Origin: Selaginella moellendorffii
Taxonomy: Eukaryota > Plantae > Lycopodiophyta
Length of the DNA stretch: 64,000 bases
Direction of reading: 5' to 3'
Assembly: GCF_000143415.4 (NCBI RefSeq)
Contig: NW_003314342.1
Location: forward strand, 161,299 to 225,298
The stretch's first letter is position 1, and each line of letters opens with the position of its first letter. Position numbers and translations under genes: made by a program. The notes beneath the pieces are model-generated. The model was not told the DNA's origin, did no database searches, and saw only the letters and a program-made list of their open reading frames with translations. This document shows, one piece after another, positions 1-12,182 of this stretch.

Positions 1-1934
1 AGCTTCCAAATGGACTTCTCAAGGAGGTTTATTATGTTCACTTTGTCCCTGAAGCTGGATAGACTGTTCTTTCCATAGGTGCAACCTCAAATCAAGGCTT
101 TACCACCACTTTCTTGGTAGAAAGGTACATAATCTATGCTCATGATGGTACTCATATGGCTAGTGATGAAACTCTCTGCCATTTAAATATGGAATTGGTA
201 TTTCTAACTCAAGTCCTTACTCTTCAAGCATATAAAACCATCAAGCTGTGGCATGCTAGTATGGGGCATGTCAATGAGCTAAATTTGCATGCCTTAGCTC
301 GCAATTAACTCATTGAAGGCATCACACTCCTAGCTAGCCATCTAGGAGGTGTGACGCTTGCCATCTTGGCAAGAAAGTTTGCCTTTCATTCACATCAAGA
401 ACCATGGAGGAACAAGTTATAGACTTGTTGGATCTAACTCACAATGACATGTGCTACCTGCCCATGGAAACACTCAACCACAATAGTGAGTTTCTCAACT
501 TTCTAGCTAAGGTTGGCATTGTTCACCAGTATATAACAGGCAAAGCAACTTAATCATGCTTTGCTAGAGACTGTTTGTGCCTTCTCCAACACATAGGCTT
601 ACCTAAATCCTTTTAGGATGAAACAGTCAACACAACTGTTTATATCCATAACCATCTTCCCACAAGGAGCACCAACATGGTTCTTTATCATGGGAAGCTC
701 CCTCAGTTAGGGCACTTTAAAGTCTTTGGCTGTACAATGTACACATATTTTAGATGCAATTCAATAGATGCTAGATCTTATGAGCCAGAAGACCATCTTC
801 ATGGGCTACTATGCTCATTTTAAAACTTTATGATCTTGCTCTTAAGAAGTTCGTGGTCAGCTAAGATATTTCTCTCAACAAGCAAGAACTCTATTGCCAT
901 ATTCAAGGTATTGCTTCCTCCAATTCTAATGTGGTGGACTTAACTAGTGCTGGATGAGGAGTCTGTCCAGCGTCTAGCACCAACAATTCAGAGGTAGCTT
1001 ATTCCAAGAGGAGCAATGGCTCCTCCACTTGGTGGTGATACAACTTCCCACCAACACCATTATTGTTCAATCACTTTGGTGGTGATTAGCAACATTTTTA
1101 TGTCATTTAGTGAGAAAACCCTTGCTGCTATTATGGATAAGCCCTTCATAGGTAAAGACATGGTTGGAGGCTTTTCCAGCTTGCCTTCACCAGATCCTCT
1201 CCTAACACCACCATCTCATCAAGAGATTGGGGCTGTTACATCTTTAGGACGTGTGAGCAAGCCAACCCTTAAAGCTCTAGAATCCCTTGCTAAGGCTTTA
1301 TGCAAGAAACGATTCTATTGGGCCATGAGCTCTATTGCTGAGCCTTGTGGCTGCCAGGTTGCTCTTTCTAGACTTGTCTCACAATGGTAAGTGGCTATGC
1401 AAAATGAGTATGAATTACTGATCAAGAATGAAACTTGGACATTGGTTCCCCTCCCTCTTGACAAGAAGGTAGTCATGCCAAATGGTTATTCAAGAAGAAA
1501 TATAAAGCTGATGGTAGCATCAAGTGCTACAATGCACATTTCGTAGGTTGTATCTTCTCATAAATATAAGGAGTTGACTATTTTGAAACTTATAACTTTA
1601 TTGTGAAACTGACAATCATTCATCTTTTGATGAGCCTTGCAATTGAGTTTGATTTAGAGCTCCATCAACTTGATGTGAGAATTGCTTTCCTCAATAGTGA
1701 TCTTAAGGAGGAGGTGTATGTCATGTAGCCTCCTAGGTTTGTACATCCCGGCTAAGAGCATCTTGTTTGCCACTTACACAAGGCACTCTATGTCATAGTA
1801 CACTAAAATTAATGGTTTTCTAACTTTGTTGGGCTTTATTCATAATGTGGTTGATAACAATCTCTATATATATATCAAGATGGCCAAGGATTTCTATTCT
1901 TAGTGTTATATGTGGATGATACACTATTAGCCTC

Positions 1935-2054
1935 CAACCAAATGTGACTCATCAACCAAATTAAGACTTATCTTGATACTAAAATTGAGATGACCAACCA
2001 AATGTGACTCATCAACTGAATTAAGACTTATTTTGCTGCTAAAATTGAGATGAC
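1935..2054 (+). repeat. 60-bp tandem duplication inside the copia RT remnant
   Basis: CAACCAAATGTGACTCATCAAC...AAAATTGAGATGAC occurs twice, head to tail. Confidence 0.85.
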
Positions 2055-2205
2055 CAATTTGGGAGATTTGCACTATTGTTTGGGAATTCAAGTCCATTGG
2101 GATAAGCAATTTGGAGTACTTGAGTAATACATTTATAACATTCTTTAAATGTACTTTATGCTTAATGGTAACTTGGTGGCTACTCCTATGGAAATAAGCT
2201 CTAAG

Positions 2206-2397
2206 TGTGAGCTCATGAATTTGGACCCGGAAGGTCATTTAGCCCAATACTATTTAAACCCAAAGACACTGAACTTTAAATATCCCAAGATTTTTAACCA
2301 ATTGGAGAAAGGGGTGCATTTTTATTCATAGGCCCTTTCATTCTATATTTGAACTTCTATTGATCGTTTATTGAGTTGTTTGCTTTGGTTGCTTACA
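2206..2397 (-). mobile_element. Solo LTR of the Cassandra-like TRIM family, inserted in the copia RT region
   Basis: TGTGAG...CTTACA termini; colinear with the LTR at 16718-16912. Interrupts the copia frame after TPMEISSK. No clean TSD. Confidence 0.7.
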
Positions 2398-4863
2398 TGA
2401 AAGTGTTTAAGGCCTTTAGCTCAACATTAACTTTAAATGACACTCTCAAAAGAGGAGAACATGACATTTTATTCAGTGGTTAAGTGTCACATCTACTTGA
2501 TAGTTTTGACTAGGCCTAACCTCACATTAAGTGTGGAAGCAGTCTCAAAGTTTCTAGACAACCCATCATCCTCACATTGGGCTGCTATAAAGTGGATCCT
2601 AAGGCATGTGAGTGGCATAAGGAAATACACATTAAAATATGCAAGAGGAAATGGAGACAATGGCCTAATGGGATATACAAAAGCATATTAGGCAAGTGAT
2701 CCAGATGACAATAGATCTACCTTGTATAATCATAATATGGTTAGTTGGTGTTCTAGGAGGTAGCAAATCATTGCAATGTCCTCATGCGAATCTGTATATA
2801 TTACAGCTACAACAACAGTGAAAAAAGCCATTTAGCTTAAGACATTACTGTAGGACCTTGGGATACAAATTCCAGAAGTTAAACTCTACTGCAACAACAT
2901 GTTGGCAATAACATTGACTTAGGATGTGAGATTTCACCTATGCACCAAACACATTGAGTTGAGGCTCCACTTCATTTGGGATGAAGTCAACAATGGAACC
3001 ATCAATTTCGAATTTTTCTCAACTACCTTAATGATCATTGATATCCTGATAAAGTCCCCCTTGCCTCAAGTGAAGCATGAAGTCTTCCTCAAAGCACTCT
3101 ATTTGACTAACAGTGCAAACCTTGAGGAGTGTAGAAACGAGTGATGGGAAGTCTAGATTAACAAACAATTCAAATCATCCATCTAAGAGACCAACTATCA
3201 AGCATCACACCTGTACCATTATGTACATAATCATACCAAAGCAATAAAGTTAATAGAGCATTCCATACATAAAAATCTAGATATCTACATTGCTTGTATA
3301 GTCAATTATGTAGAGTTGCATGCCTTCTAGTCTCCTCAAGCTCCAAGAGCTAGTCATGGCATTGTTAGAGTTGCAGAGTGGAATTTAGGCCTTCAACACT
3401 AGTCACCTCAAGCTAGAGATGCAAAGTTGACAGCTTGAGTTGGATTGGATGCATGGTATCAATTGTATAACAAAGTTGGAAGGGAGTATAGCTAGTTGTT
3501 GACTCATTTGTCATGCAAAAGGTCCATAATGCCTTAGGAAAATGCTTGCTCCATGTCTTTGGCTTTTCAAGACCTTTTCTATAGACCCACTACCCATTCC
3601 CTTGTGGATTATACAAGCTGGAGTGAGTCTGCTTGACTCCCATAGACTCCATTAGCTCCTAGACAACCTCTCCCATGAAGTGTGATCTATGATTTGAGAG
3701 AAAAACACATGGAACTCCAAACTATGTGCAAATATGGTTCTTAAGGAATATTGTAGTGGTGTCCTGAATAGTTAGGGGAAAAGATTTCTTCCACCCACTT
3801 AGTACAAGCATAGTGATTGGCTACAAGTGTGTGCAAGATAACAACTTGTGAATATTGTGATAGAATCACCAGGATATACTTTCACTATATACTATAGAAT
3901 ATACTTGACATATTTCTCACCACCTCCATGATTACATATTTGGCAACTTCCAACTAAAAACAATTGTCCCAAGCATCCTTCCTCCATCTGCTACCACCAG
4001 TCTATACTTGATCTACCACAAACATAAGTAGATACCTTTAACTATGACATCAATGAGACAATGATGCTTGACTCATGCAATATAACCAAATGGAGCAAGT
4101 GTTAGCAAGCAATCAAGTAAAGACCAAGGGCAAAACTTTGAACAAATGTGCAAGACATATACAAGTCATGAATCAATACTAGTTGAAAGGTGTATTATCT
4201 TGGAGTGAAGGGCCTAATGTCTCCTTAATATATATGGTTGTGGATGATGGATTAGGAAAAATTTTTAGGCACTAGCTTTGACCACATGGTCAGGTCAAGG
4301 GTAATTTTAAAGTAGACTTAGAGTAATAAACTTAACATACCTTACAGGCTTATGGTGGAAATGGCATAGTGAAGCTTTAAGGTAGATTGGGGGGGTGGTT
4401 GAGTGGTAAAGAATTTCAATATAGCATATGTGGTTTTCACCCTTTGCTCTATGATAATTTACTATAGGATAATCATAGAATGAAATTTAAACACTTGGAC
4501 ATGTCAGTTAAGGGTAGTAGAGTGAAACACAAATTTTAGAGCTTTAGGCCATTGAATGAAGGAATGAAGCCAAACTCCCATGCCCTAACCAAAGAGCAAA
4601 AGACTTGGAGCACAGAACAACTCCCAAGTGTATAGCCAAGGATGAGGCAATAGGAGCATGGAGTGACTTAGGTATAATCTTAGAGTATCCAATATCCCAA
4701 TGCTAGGACTAACATGCAAAATAGAGTAAAAAAGAATTTAACGTTATTTTAGCATATTGGTGGCTTAATGCAAGGATATAAATACTCCATTAGCTAGCAT
4801 GGCATGGAGCTCGAGCTTGGACCTAAACTAAATATAGAATAAAGACAGACACATAAATGGAGA

Positions 4864-4906
4864 GTGTGTGTGTGTGTGTGTCTCTCTCTCTATATATATA
4901 TATATA
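4864..4906. repeat. Compound microsatellite (GT)n(CT)n(AT)n
   Basis: Directly visible dinucleotide runs. Confidence 0.95.
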
Positions 4907-5130
4907 GATGGAGTGCATATCAACTACAAGTGAAATGGAGACAATAGATCACAAGTATTATAGGAGGACTGTGCTAAGTAGCAAGATAATCCATGACAAA
5001 CATAAAGTTGCCAACAACTAGGAACTAAGTAGCTAATTTATGTAGAATAGAGTTTTATACTCCTAAGTATACTATAAACACAATCTTCAAATTCAACAAG
5101 TTAAAAGATATAAATTAGCAACTATAACAT

Positions 5131-5218
5131 CATCAAGAATGACGAGCTTCTGGTTCCAGATGGGGTTCTTGGCACCCTCATGGTCGACGTGGGTGTAGAA
5201 CTTCTTGGAGGGTATTGT
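5131..5218 (-). pseudogene. Isolated C2-domain (SRC2-like) gene fragment
   Basis: GC-rich island in AT-rich DNA. The minus strand reads TIPSKKFYTHVDHEGAKNPIWNQKLVILD, which matches the plant C2 motif T-x-V-D-x-x-G-x-x-N-P-x-W-N. Confidence 0.6.
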
Positions 5219-5850
5219 AGAAGTGATTTTTTTAAGGAAAAAACTGTGACTTTTACAATTAGACTATAAAATTTATATAAGTAAAGCATTTTTCATAGCT
5301 TTATTGCTATGCCTTTTTGTTCCTCTCTTTGAACACAACAGTGGTAGAGATGCTCTCTTACTCTTAAGTGATTTTTCTTTAAGGTGAACATGAATTTTTA
5401 CTGAATAACTAGATTTATATATTAAGTTTAAGGATATATTAACTAGATTTATTTTTAATATATTTAAAGGAGATTTTTAGTTTTCTTTGGGGTATAAAGA
5501 ATATACCTAAAATATCCACTTCTTTTCAGCAAATATTGTTACAAATGAATTCAATCTAGTCACGTTAATTAGAATGAGCACTTAATGGATTGTTAAGTGG
5601 ATTTTTTTTTTAGTTTTGTTTCCTGTTTCTTCTTGACAATTTTTTATAGAGAACATATAGTAAGAAAATTAGAGGTGGAGTAGCAACCAACAAAAATATT
5701 AACAAACACTTCAAGTGAATTTTTCTCATTCTAGCTTTTGAGAAATACACTCAAAGTACTTTCTCTCTTTTTTATTTCTTGTAATAAAAACTAAAATATT
5801 CTATTGCAACATTTATTCAACTTATGTTGAATTCCTATATACTATCTTTA

Positions 5851-6086
5851 TAAGGGTAGTTAAGAAATTTCTATAGAGGCCATTAGTTATAAAAGCCTAA
5901 TGAGGCTAGCTAAGAAATTTCTGTAGAGGCCATTAATTATAAAAGCCTAATGAGGGTAGCTAATTTTTTTTATAGAGGCCATTAATTATAAAGTTTGATA
6001 AGGGTAGCTAAGAAATTTCTATAGAAGCCATTAATTATAAAAGCTTGATAAAGGTAGCTAAGAAATTTCTATAGAGGCCATTAAGC
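5851..6086. repeat. About 50-bp minisatellite, about 4.7 copies
   Basis: Unit approximately TAAGGGTAGCTAAGAAATTTCTATAGAGGCCATTAATTATAAAAGCYTRA. Confidence 0.9.
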
Positions 6087-7943
6087 TTTAGATTTATGTT
6101 TCTTATTGATTCAAAGACTTAAAGATAACTAATTGATAATTAACAATCGATTAGAATTCAATTTATAACATACAAATACTCATGCACTTGTTATGATTGT
6201 ATTGTGCTATTGAATTTTTTTTTTTACTTTTGCAAATGATTTAATTGAAATTTCACTTTATTATTTTCTTATTTATCTAAGGGCCTATTTGCATTAGCCT
6301 TTACCTTTAGAGTTTTTTTTATAAGAATCTTAAAAATTTACTTTGGATATATTTTTATAAAAATATCTATTACTCTTTAATTTTATGGCACTACATATAA
6401 AATTAAGTACTTAAATGTTAAATATTCCTTTCTCTTCTCTCTCAAACCAGATCTCTCAATTTAGCATCAAATAGTGTGATCTTTTACCTTTAATAGATGA
6501 GTTCTTGGGCTCTCAATCTCTCTCTTGATCTTGCAAGCTCTTGAGTCTCAATCTCTCTTTATATAACACTCTTCTCAATATATTTTAATAGGTATTATTT
6601 ATTATATCTCAGTCCATACAAAATCCATATATAAAACTTCTTTTACTTCTTTTTCCTCTAGTGGCTCCCTCTCTTGCTTAGTGGGGAGTGAAAATTACAA
6701 CAACACCAAGACAAATGAGCATAAAAGAACCATTATTACCTAAAGATTAATTGTGATTAAAAAGTTTGTCTTCCTTGGTATCAATCTCAACATTAGTGGT
6801 AGCATTGGGTTGTATCTATTTTCTTTCCCTACAATTATTCTCCCATCCTTCATAGTGGAAAACTACCCAAGGGTTACATTGTTAGTCCCCCACTAAGTAA
6901 TCATGTTTAATCTAAAACAAAGGAAAAAATAAATTTTGCCTTAGTCTTTGTCACAAGCACACTCTAACCCCTTGATATTATCTCAGCAAAAATTATGCTC
7001 AGTTCCAAAGCACCTCACACTCCTCATAAATAGCCTTTATATTTTAACATTTTTGTATTTCCCCTCTTACATCTCTTTTCTTCTTGCTAGCTTTATAGTA
7101 AGAGTAGCCCACCTTTTTATTAGTGCATCCTCTCTCCCCATTATCAAACACTGAAACAAAATGGCCTTCAATTTAGGAAAGGTAGTTTAGTTATCTAAAG
7201 AAAGGTTATAGGCATTCACTCTTCTCCCACTGTTTGCACTCACTCTTCAATTCTAAGCAATGCATCAAAATATAGATTAAAAACTCCAACAACAAAAACA
7301 AATGATTATAAAAGAATTATTGTTGCTTAGGGACTAAAACTTCCTTGCTCTGATGCTAATTATCCTTGATAGTATGGGGATTCATCTTTCTCGGCACCAG
7401 TTATAATGCCGATGCTAGTGTTAGGCTCCATCTTAAGATTATTGCTAATCCCCCACTACTTAATCATATTTAAATCTTGTCTTAATCTCTGACATTTCAA
7501 AAATCCATTCAAGATACCATTTTTTTGTGACATATTTTATGTCAGTCTTGTTGATAAGTCTTTTGTGGTGTTAAGCTAATTTTACATCCAGCTTTAAAGA
7601 AATCTTATATTTAAGTGTTATACTAAAGCTTTTACCTTAATGCTTTTATAACTTAAGTAAGTGTAAAGCTTACAAGATCTTGCAACAAATGTTATAAGTT
7701 GTTAAATTGTTGAATGAATAATTAAATCTACCTCATCAATAAAGAACTCTTTTAAAATATAAAAAACAACATTACAAATTGTAGCCTTATATTCCTCCTA
7801 TAAGTGTTAAAAGTTTATCATTAAGAGAAAAATAAAATAAAATTACTAATGAAATACTAAAACAATAGAGAAATAAAGGTAGATTTATATTAAACACTTA
7901 AAGCATAAAGCTCTTATGAAGCTTTGGAAATTAATTTAGTCTT

Positions 7944-8126
7944 CTCTAATACTAAATGTAAGCTTTGGATTTAACTTCTTAAAAGGTCACCCAAGGATGT
8001 TAAACCCTAAGTATCCCAAAACCTTTAACTAATTGAAGATTGGGATGCACTTCTATTCATAGGTTCTTTTTTTTTACTTGAACCTCTATAGATTATCTTT
8101 TAAGTCATTCTCTTTGGTTGTTTATA
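7944..8126 (-). mobile_element. Degenerate Cassandra-like LTR with adjacent degenerate PBS
   Basis: Colinear with 16718-16912, starting TGTAAGC at 7957. The flanking CTCTAATACTAAA resembles the reverse complement of the PBS at 16705-16717. Confidence 0.6.
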
Positions 8127-8524
8127 ATCAACTTTAAGTTAATATGATTACTTAATTTAAATATAGATGCTCATTTATGTGTATAGCAGGTCTTGAATTC
8201 AAATCTCATGAGCAATTCAATTCCCATTATAGCCAGTAATGGTAAATATACTTTACAATAAATACAAAGAGATGACAAATATATGATATCATTCCCCCTG
8301 TAATGCCGAGCACCAAGCTACAATTGAAGTGGTGTAGGATTAAGATTAAATGGATATTGTAAATTGAAATTCACAATCAACTCAAAAGCGTGAGCAAGAT
8401 AAAAAGTAAGATCCCAAGTATAATTTCTAGGAGAATACCCAAGTCAATTGACTAAATACTAGAGTTTGTGATATCAATACTTCAAACTAAGGACGGTTCT
8501 ACTTACCAACAATAACCTTTAGAG

Positions 8525-8722
8525 TGTAAACAACAAAAAAAAAAAAATGATTTAAGAGATGATCTATAAAAGTTCAAATATAGAGGAAAAGGGCTTGTAA
8601 ATAAAAGTGCATTCCCTTTTCCAATTAGTTAAGGGTCTTAGAATATTTGAGGTTAAACATTCTTAGTTTGAATAATACTAAGTTGAGTGACTTCTCAGGA
8701 AGTCCAAATTCAGAAGTTTACA
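8525..8722 (+). mobile_element. Cassandra-like solo LTR (198 bp) with near-perfect 5-bp TSD
   Basis: TGTAAA...TTTACA termini; flanks TAGAG/TAAAG. Contains degenerate 5S-like segment GTTAAACATTCTTAGTTTGAATAATACTAAGTTGAGTGACTTCTCAGGAAGTCC. Confidence 0.75.
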
Positions 8723-8981
8723 TAAAGGACGTGGTAGTGAAATATGAGTGGGATCAAAAGGGGTATAATAAAGCTTGCATAAAGAAATGTAAAATACTAA
8801 ACTGATGAGTCTAAGGATATGGCTACAATGTTATATATTAATATTAGCGTAGTAGGATTTTAATAGCCGTCGAATTGATTTCATCCTGACTATTCACTCC
8901 TATATATAAACTAGGATTTTTGATTTAATTGATATGCACATTTCTATATTCTATCTCTTTATGTTTAGTGGAAATGAAAAG

Positions 8982-10637
8982 TGTAAGCGACTAAATTTTC
9001 CATTCTACTTTAGTCACTTAACCACACCTCTGACCACTTGGAGGAGTCTCATTCACAACCTCCATAAGTCCAATCCAGGACTTGGGACTTGCTAGCCCCG
9101 AGAATGGCATCCATGCCACTCAACATTTGCACTTGGTCCAAGTGCTCCACGTGTCCAATCCCATGACCGACACTCAAAGGTACCACCGACATAGCAGCCC
9201 GTTACGCTAAGGCCATGCCCAATCACCTTGCCACACTGGTAGTCCAATACCACTTGCATCACAGTCTTGGCTCTCCAAGACTAGGCAAACCATCCGTGAG
9301 TGGTCATCTCAGATCCACTCCTTAGCATCCTTAGGACGCCCACCGACAAGGGGAATAGCCTTCCCCAATATCCCTCTGTCAGTCCCCACTAAGTCCCTTT
9401 CTGCCCCTGGCTGTGTTTGCCAACACTGCCACTGGATCAAGACCCACAGGCCCGACCACTAAGTCCCACGGTCCTCTGGGACTTCCTCACCACATGACTG
9501 TGTCCTTGGTCACTACCCCAGAGGACTGCTCCTCTTCCTTTCCACAGTCTGGGCCTTTGGGACAACATTTCGGAACACCGTGGCCTTACGCGAGCCACCT
9601 GGGTACTCTCCTCGCCTTCTGCCCTTGGGTGCTCTAGCCATGGGCTTAGAGCGGGTTCCGTTGAGCCACACCAGGTATCCAAGTAGGTAGTGCCACCCAC
9701 ACTTGGACTGGGAGCATCGGCCAGTCGATCTCCCGGGGGAACTAGAGCCGGCTCTTGAACACTTCACCAAGCTACCCCGCTTGTCGGTCCGTGTTCACTC
9801 TAGTCTTGGACTTCCCAGTGGTCAGCTCATCACCCAACACTGGGTCTGGCCTTCCTTGGCCAAACTGGCCTTTCCTGGCCAAACTGGCTCCACTGGGCTC
9901 CAACCCCCACACTCTCCCTACTATACTTTTGGAACCCCCCGCAGCCCCCCCCCCCTGGGGGATGATCGCTTTGGGCTTTCACCCAACTGCCTGTATTAGT
10001 ATTCGGACTCGGACTCGGGCTCGAACTCGGACTCGGACTCGGTCTCGGTCCCGGTTTCGGACTCGGACTCGGTCTCGGTCTCGGTCTCGGCCTCAGTCTC
10101 AGTCTCGGTCTCGGTTCCATCTCGGACTCCATCTCGGACTCCATCTCGGGTCCATCTCGGACTCCATCTCGGGTCCATCTCGGACTCCATCTCGGACTCC
10201 TTCTCGGGTCCATCTCGGACTCCATCTCGGGTCCATCTCGGACTCCATGTCGGGTCCATCTTGGACTCCACTTCGGACTCCAACTCGGGTCTACCTCGGA
10301 CTCCACTTTGGACTCCAACTCGGGTCCATCTCGGACTCCACTTCGGACTCCAACTCGGGTCCATCTCGGACTCCACTTCGGACTCCAACTCGAGTCCATC
10401 TCGGACACTTCCACGTGTCATGTGTTGGTCCTTTTGGGTCCCTTTTTGGAGCCTCGCTTTTTGCTCGCTTCATGCTCGTTCCTCGAGCACTTCGTTGGGA
10501 GTTCCACTCCCGCTTTTGATTTTTCAAGTCGGAGCTTTTGGTCCAAACGTGTTACGCTCGTTTGGCTCTCGCTTCGGCCACTACCACGTGGCGCCCTTCC
10601 GGCTCCACTTTGGGGCCTAGGGATTTTGTGTCTCACA
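8982..10637 (-). repeat. 3' LTR of the 7.3-kb element
   Basis: Direct repeat of 14666-16324; adjacent to the PPT. Confidence 0.95.
10003..10405. repeat. Hierarchical GC-rich tandem repeat within the LTR (6/12/about 36-bp periodicity)
   Basis: TCGGAC/TCGGTC hexamers grade into TCGGACTCCATC 12-mers and then higher-order units. Second copy at about 15690-16092. Confidence 0.9.
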
Positions 10638-12067
10638 ACTCCACCACCCATAGACGAAGTTCGATGTCCTCATCGAAGGGTAAACCATTTTGTAAAGTAA
10701 CACTCGCATGCATATGCCTCAATGGTTTGACACCAAAGGCTCACCATGCCTTGCTTATCCTCTAAGGAGGGTAGTCTCTCCAACTTAGAGACTGATTGGA
10801 CCACATGTAGTGGTTCTTTCCTTTTATTGATTTAGTTCTCGCTAAACCTCTTAGAGACCCTTCTCTAAGTCAATCCCACTACTCCTTCTTGAGTAGTCTC
10901 AATTTCCATCCATTGAACGTTTGCACCTTGGAACTTTTACTCTTTTGACTTTTGGAAGTCAATTTCCTAGGTGTCTCCAACACCTTGCATTGCACAGATT
11001 GTGCAACTCCACTTCCCCATCCTAGGAGGCTCATTACTTGAGGGCACCATCATCCTCTCTTCTATTTCGTGCCACCTTGGGCACTAAGTTCCATTTATCA
11101 TACTTTGTGCTAAGGCTGTCCATGGCCCTATCATTTGGCTACCTTACCGCTCCCTCCCTTGGAGTTTCCACTTTCGCCAAATCAGAGCAATTCGGAATTC
11201 ATCCTTGGAAACACACTTCCTTTTCCGCAATTTGTTAGCGTCCAACACATTAGTGTTCCTCGCCTAACTTTGTCACTTGGATTCCTTCCAAGGGATTCCA
11301 CGGCCCTATCTTGGCCACTCATCTTTTGCTCCTATCCGTTGATTGTTGCACCAAGCAACATCGAATCTCTACCTCCCTCCTTGAGGTATTCTTTTGATTC
11401 CATAGCAAATGCTCTGCTTTGCCAAGACTAGGGTGTTCACCCCTAGTAAGTCTCTTTAGCATCTTCTGCTGTGGGCTCTATCCACGGCCCAACTTTGTGA
11501 CCCTCCCATGGGTCTCTTTAGAGACTACTTTCCTTGGACACACTATGCCATCGCAATGACATAGCTCATTTACCTAAAGTGCTTTTCCCACTTGGTCACC
11601 TTGACCAAGCCACACCATCATCAATAGTTCAAATCAACACTTTGAACTAGGAACCTTATTCCTTAGCCCAAACAAGGACCTTGTCCTTATTTAGCCACAA
11701 GATCACCTAGTGATCTCACCTCGGCACCTTAACAGGTTTGCCAATAGGTACTAGGTCTTCCAGACCTTTAACTTGTTAACTATGACCCCGGGGGCATCCC
11801 CCACACTTGGCGGTGCGCCCAAGCCAGCCCTTCAGGCCAAGGGTCCATAGCAACTGAGACTGGGTGTCCCCATCTCATTCACCACGTCCTTGGTGCCACT
11901 GGCACCAAAGTGTTCAAGTTAGATATGCTGAGCCACACTAAGCAATCTAACCGTGCATCACGACTCCGAGGCATCCCTCGCTTGGCGGTGTGCCCAAACC
12001 AATCTCCCCACTGAGAGTCCATGACCACCGAAATATGAGTGTCCTCATATTCCAAACCATCACCACG

Positions 12068-12182
12068 CTCTAGTGATTTGGGACTCGAACCCAAGCACTA
12101 GAGGGTCGGGACTCGAACCCAACCTCCGTATATGCATCTACGGAAGGCATCATCCAAGATGCCAGGCGTGACTCCCCACGCC
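12068..12182 (-). other. Five back-to-back stem-loops (putative structured RNA); two have tRNA T-loop/B-box loops
   Basis: Stem arms at 12068-75/12096-103, 12104-110/12118-124, 12125-130/12139-144, 12146-151/12158-163 and 12165-170/12177-182. GGTTCGAGTCCC occurs twice on the minus strand. Confidence 0.65.

Larger units (their letters stand above)
1..3289 (+). mobile_element. Decayed Ty1/copia retrotransposon, 3' part (GAG-pre-integrase, integrase, RT, RNase H remnants) ending in a 160-bp 3' LTR
   Basis: ORF fragments carry copia motifs: WHASMGHVN (pre-integrase), KNETWTLVPLP, LDVRIAFLNSDLKEEVYV and LVLYVDDTL (RT), TRPNL..AVSKF..NPSSSHWAAIKWILR, TKHIELRLHFI (RNase H). Many stops and frameshifts. 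A purine-rich tract (TTGAGGAG) precedes the LTR, which has TGTAGA...TCTACA termini at 3130-3289. Confidence 0.9.

Noticed and set aside
5851-6086. CRISPR-like array
   Set aside because: Contiguous tandem units with no unique spacers, in a eukaryotic context; this is a minisatellite.
6674-6900. MITE bounded by roughly 14-bp inverted repeats (CTTAGTGGGG ... CCCCACTAAG)
   Set aside because: The inverted repeat is short and imperfect and no TSD was found; insufficient support.
9755-10700. Long ORFs (up to 254-272 aa; RTRTRS, ESEMES, HLGL repeats) on both strands, duplicated at 15388-16378
   Set aside because: They arise from the stop-free tandem repeat inside the two LTRs and are open in most frames, so they are not evidence of genes.
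12068-12182. tRNA gene
   Set aside because: T-loops are present, but there is no acceptor stem, D-loop consensus or 7-nt anticodon loop in the correct geometry. Reported as a structured element instead.
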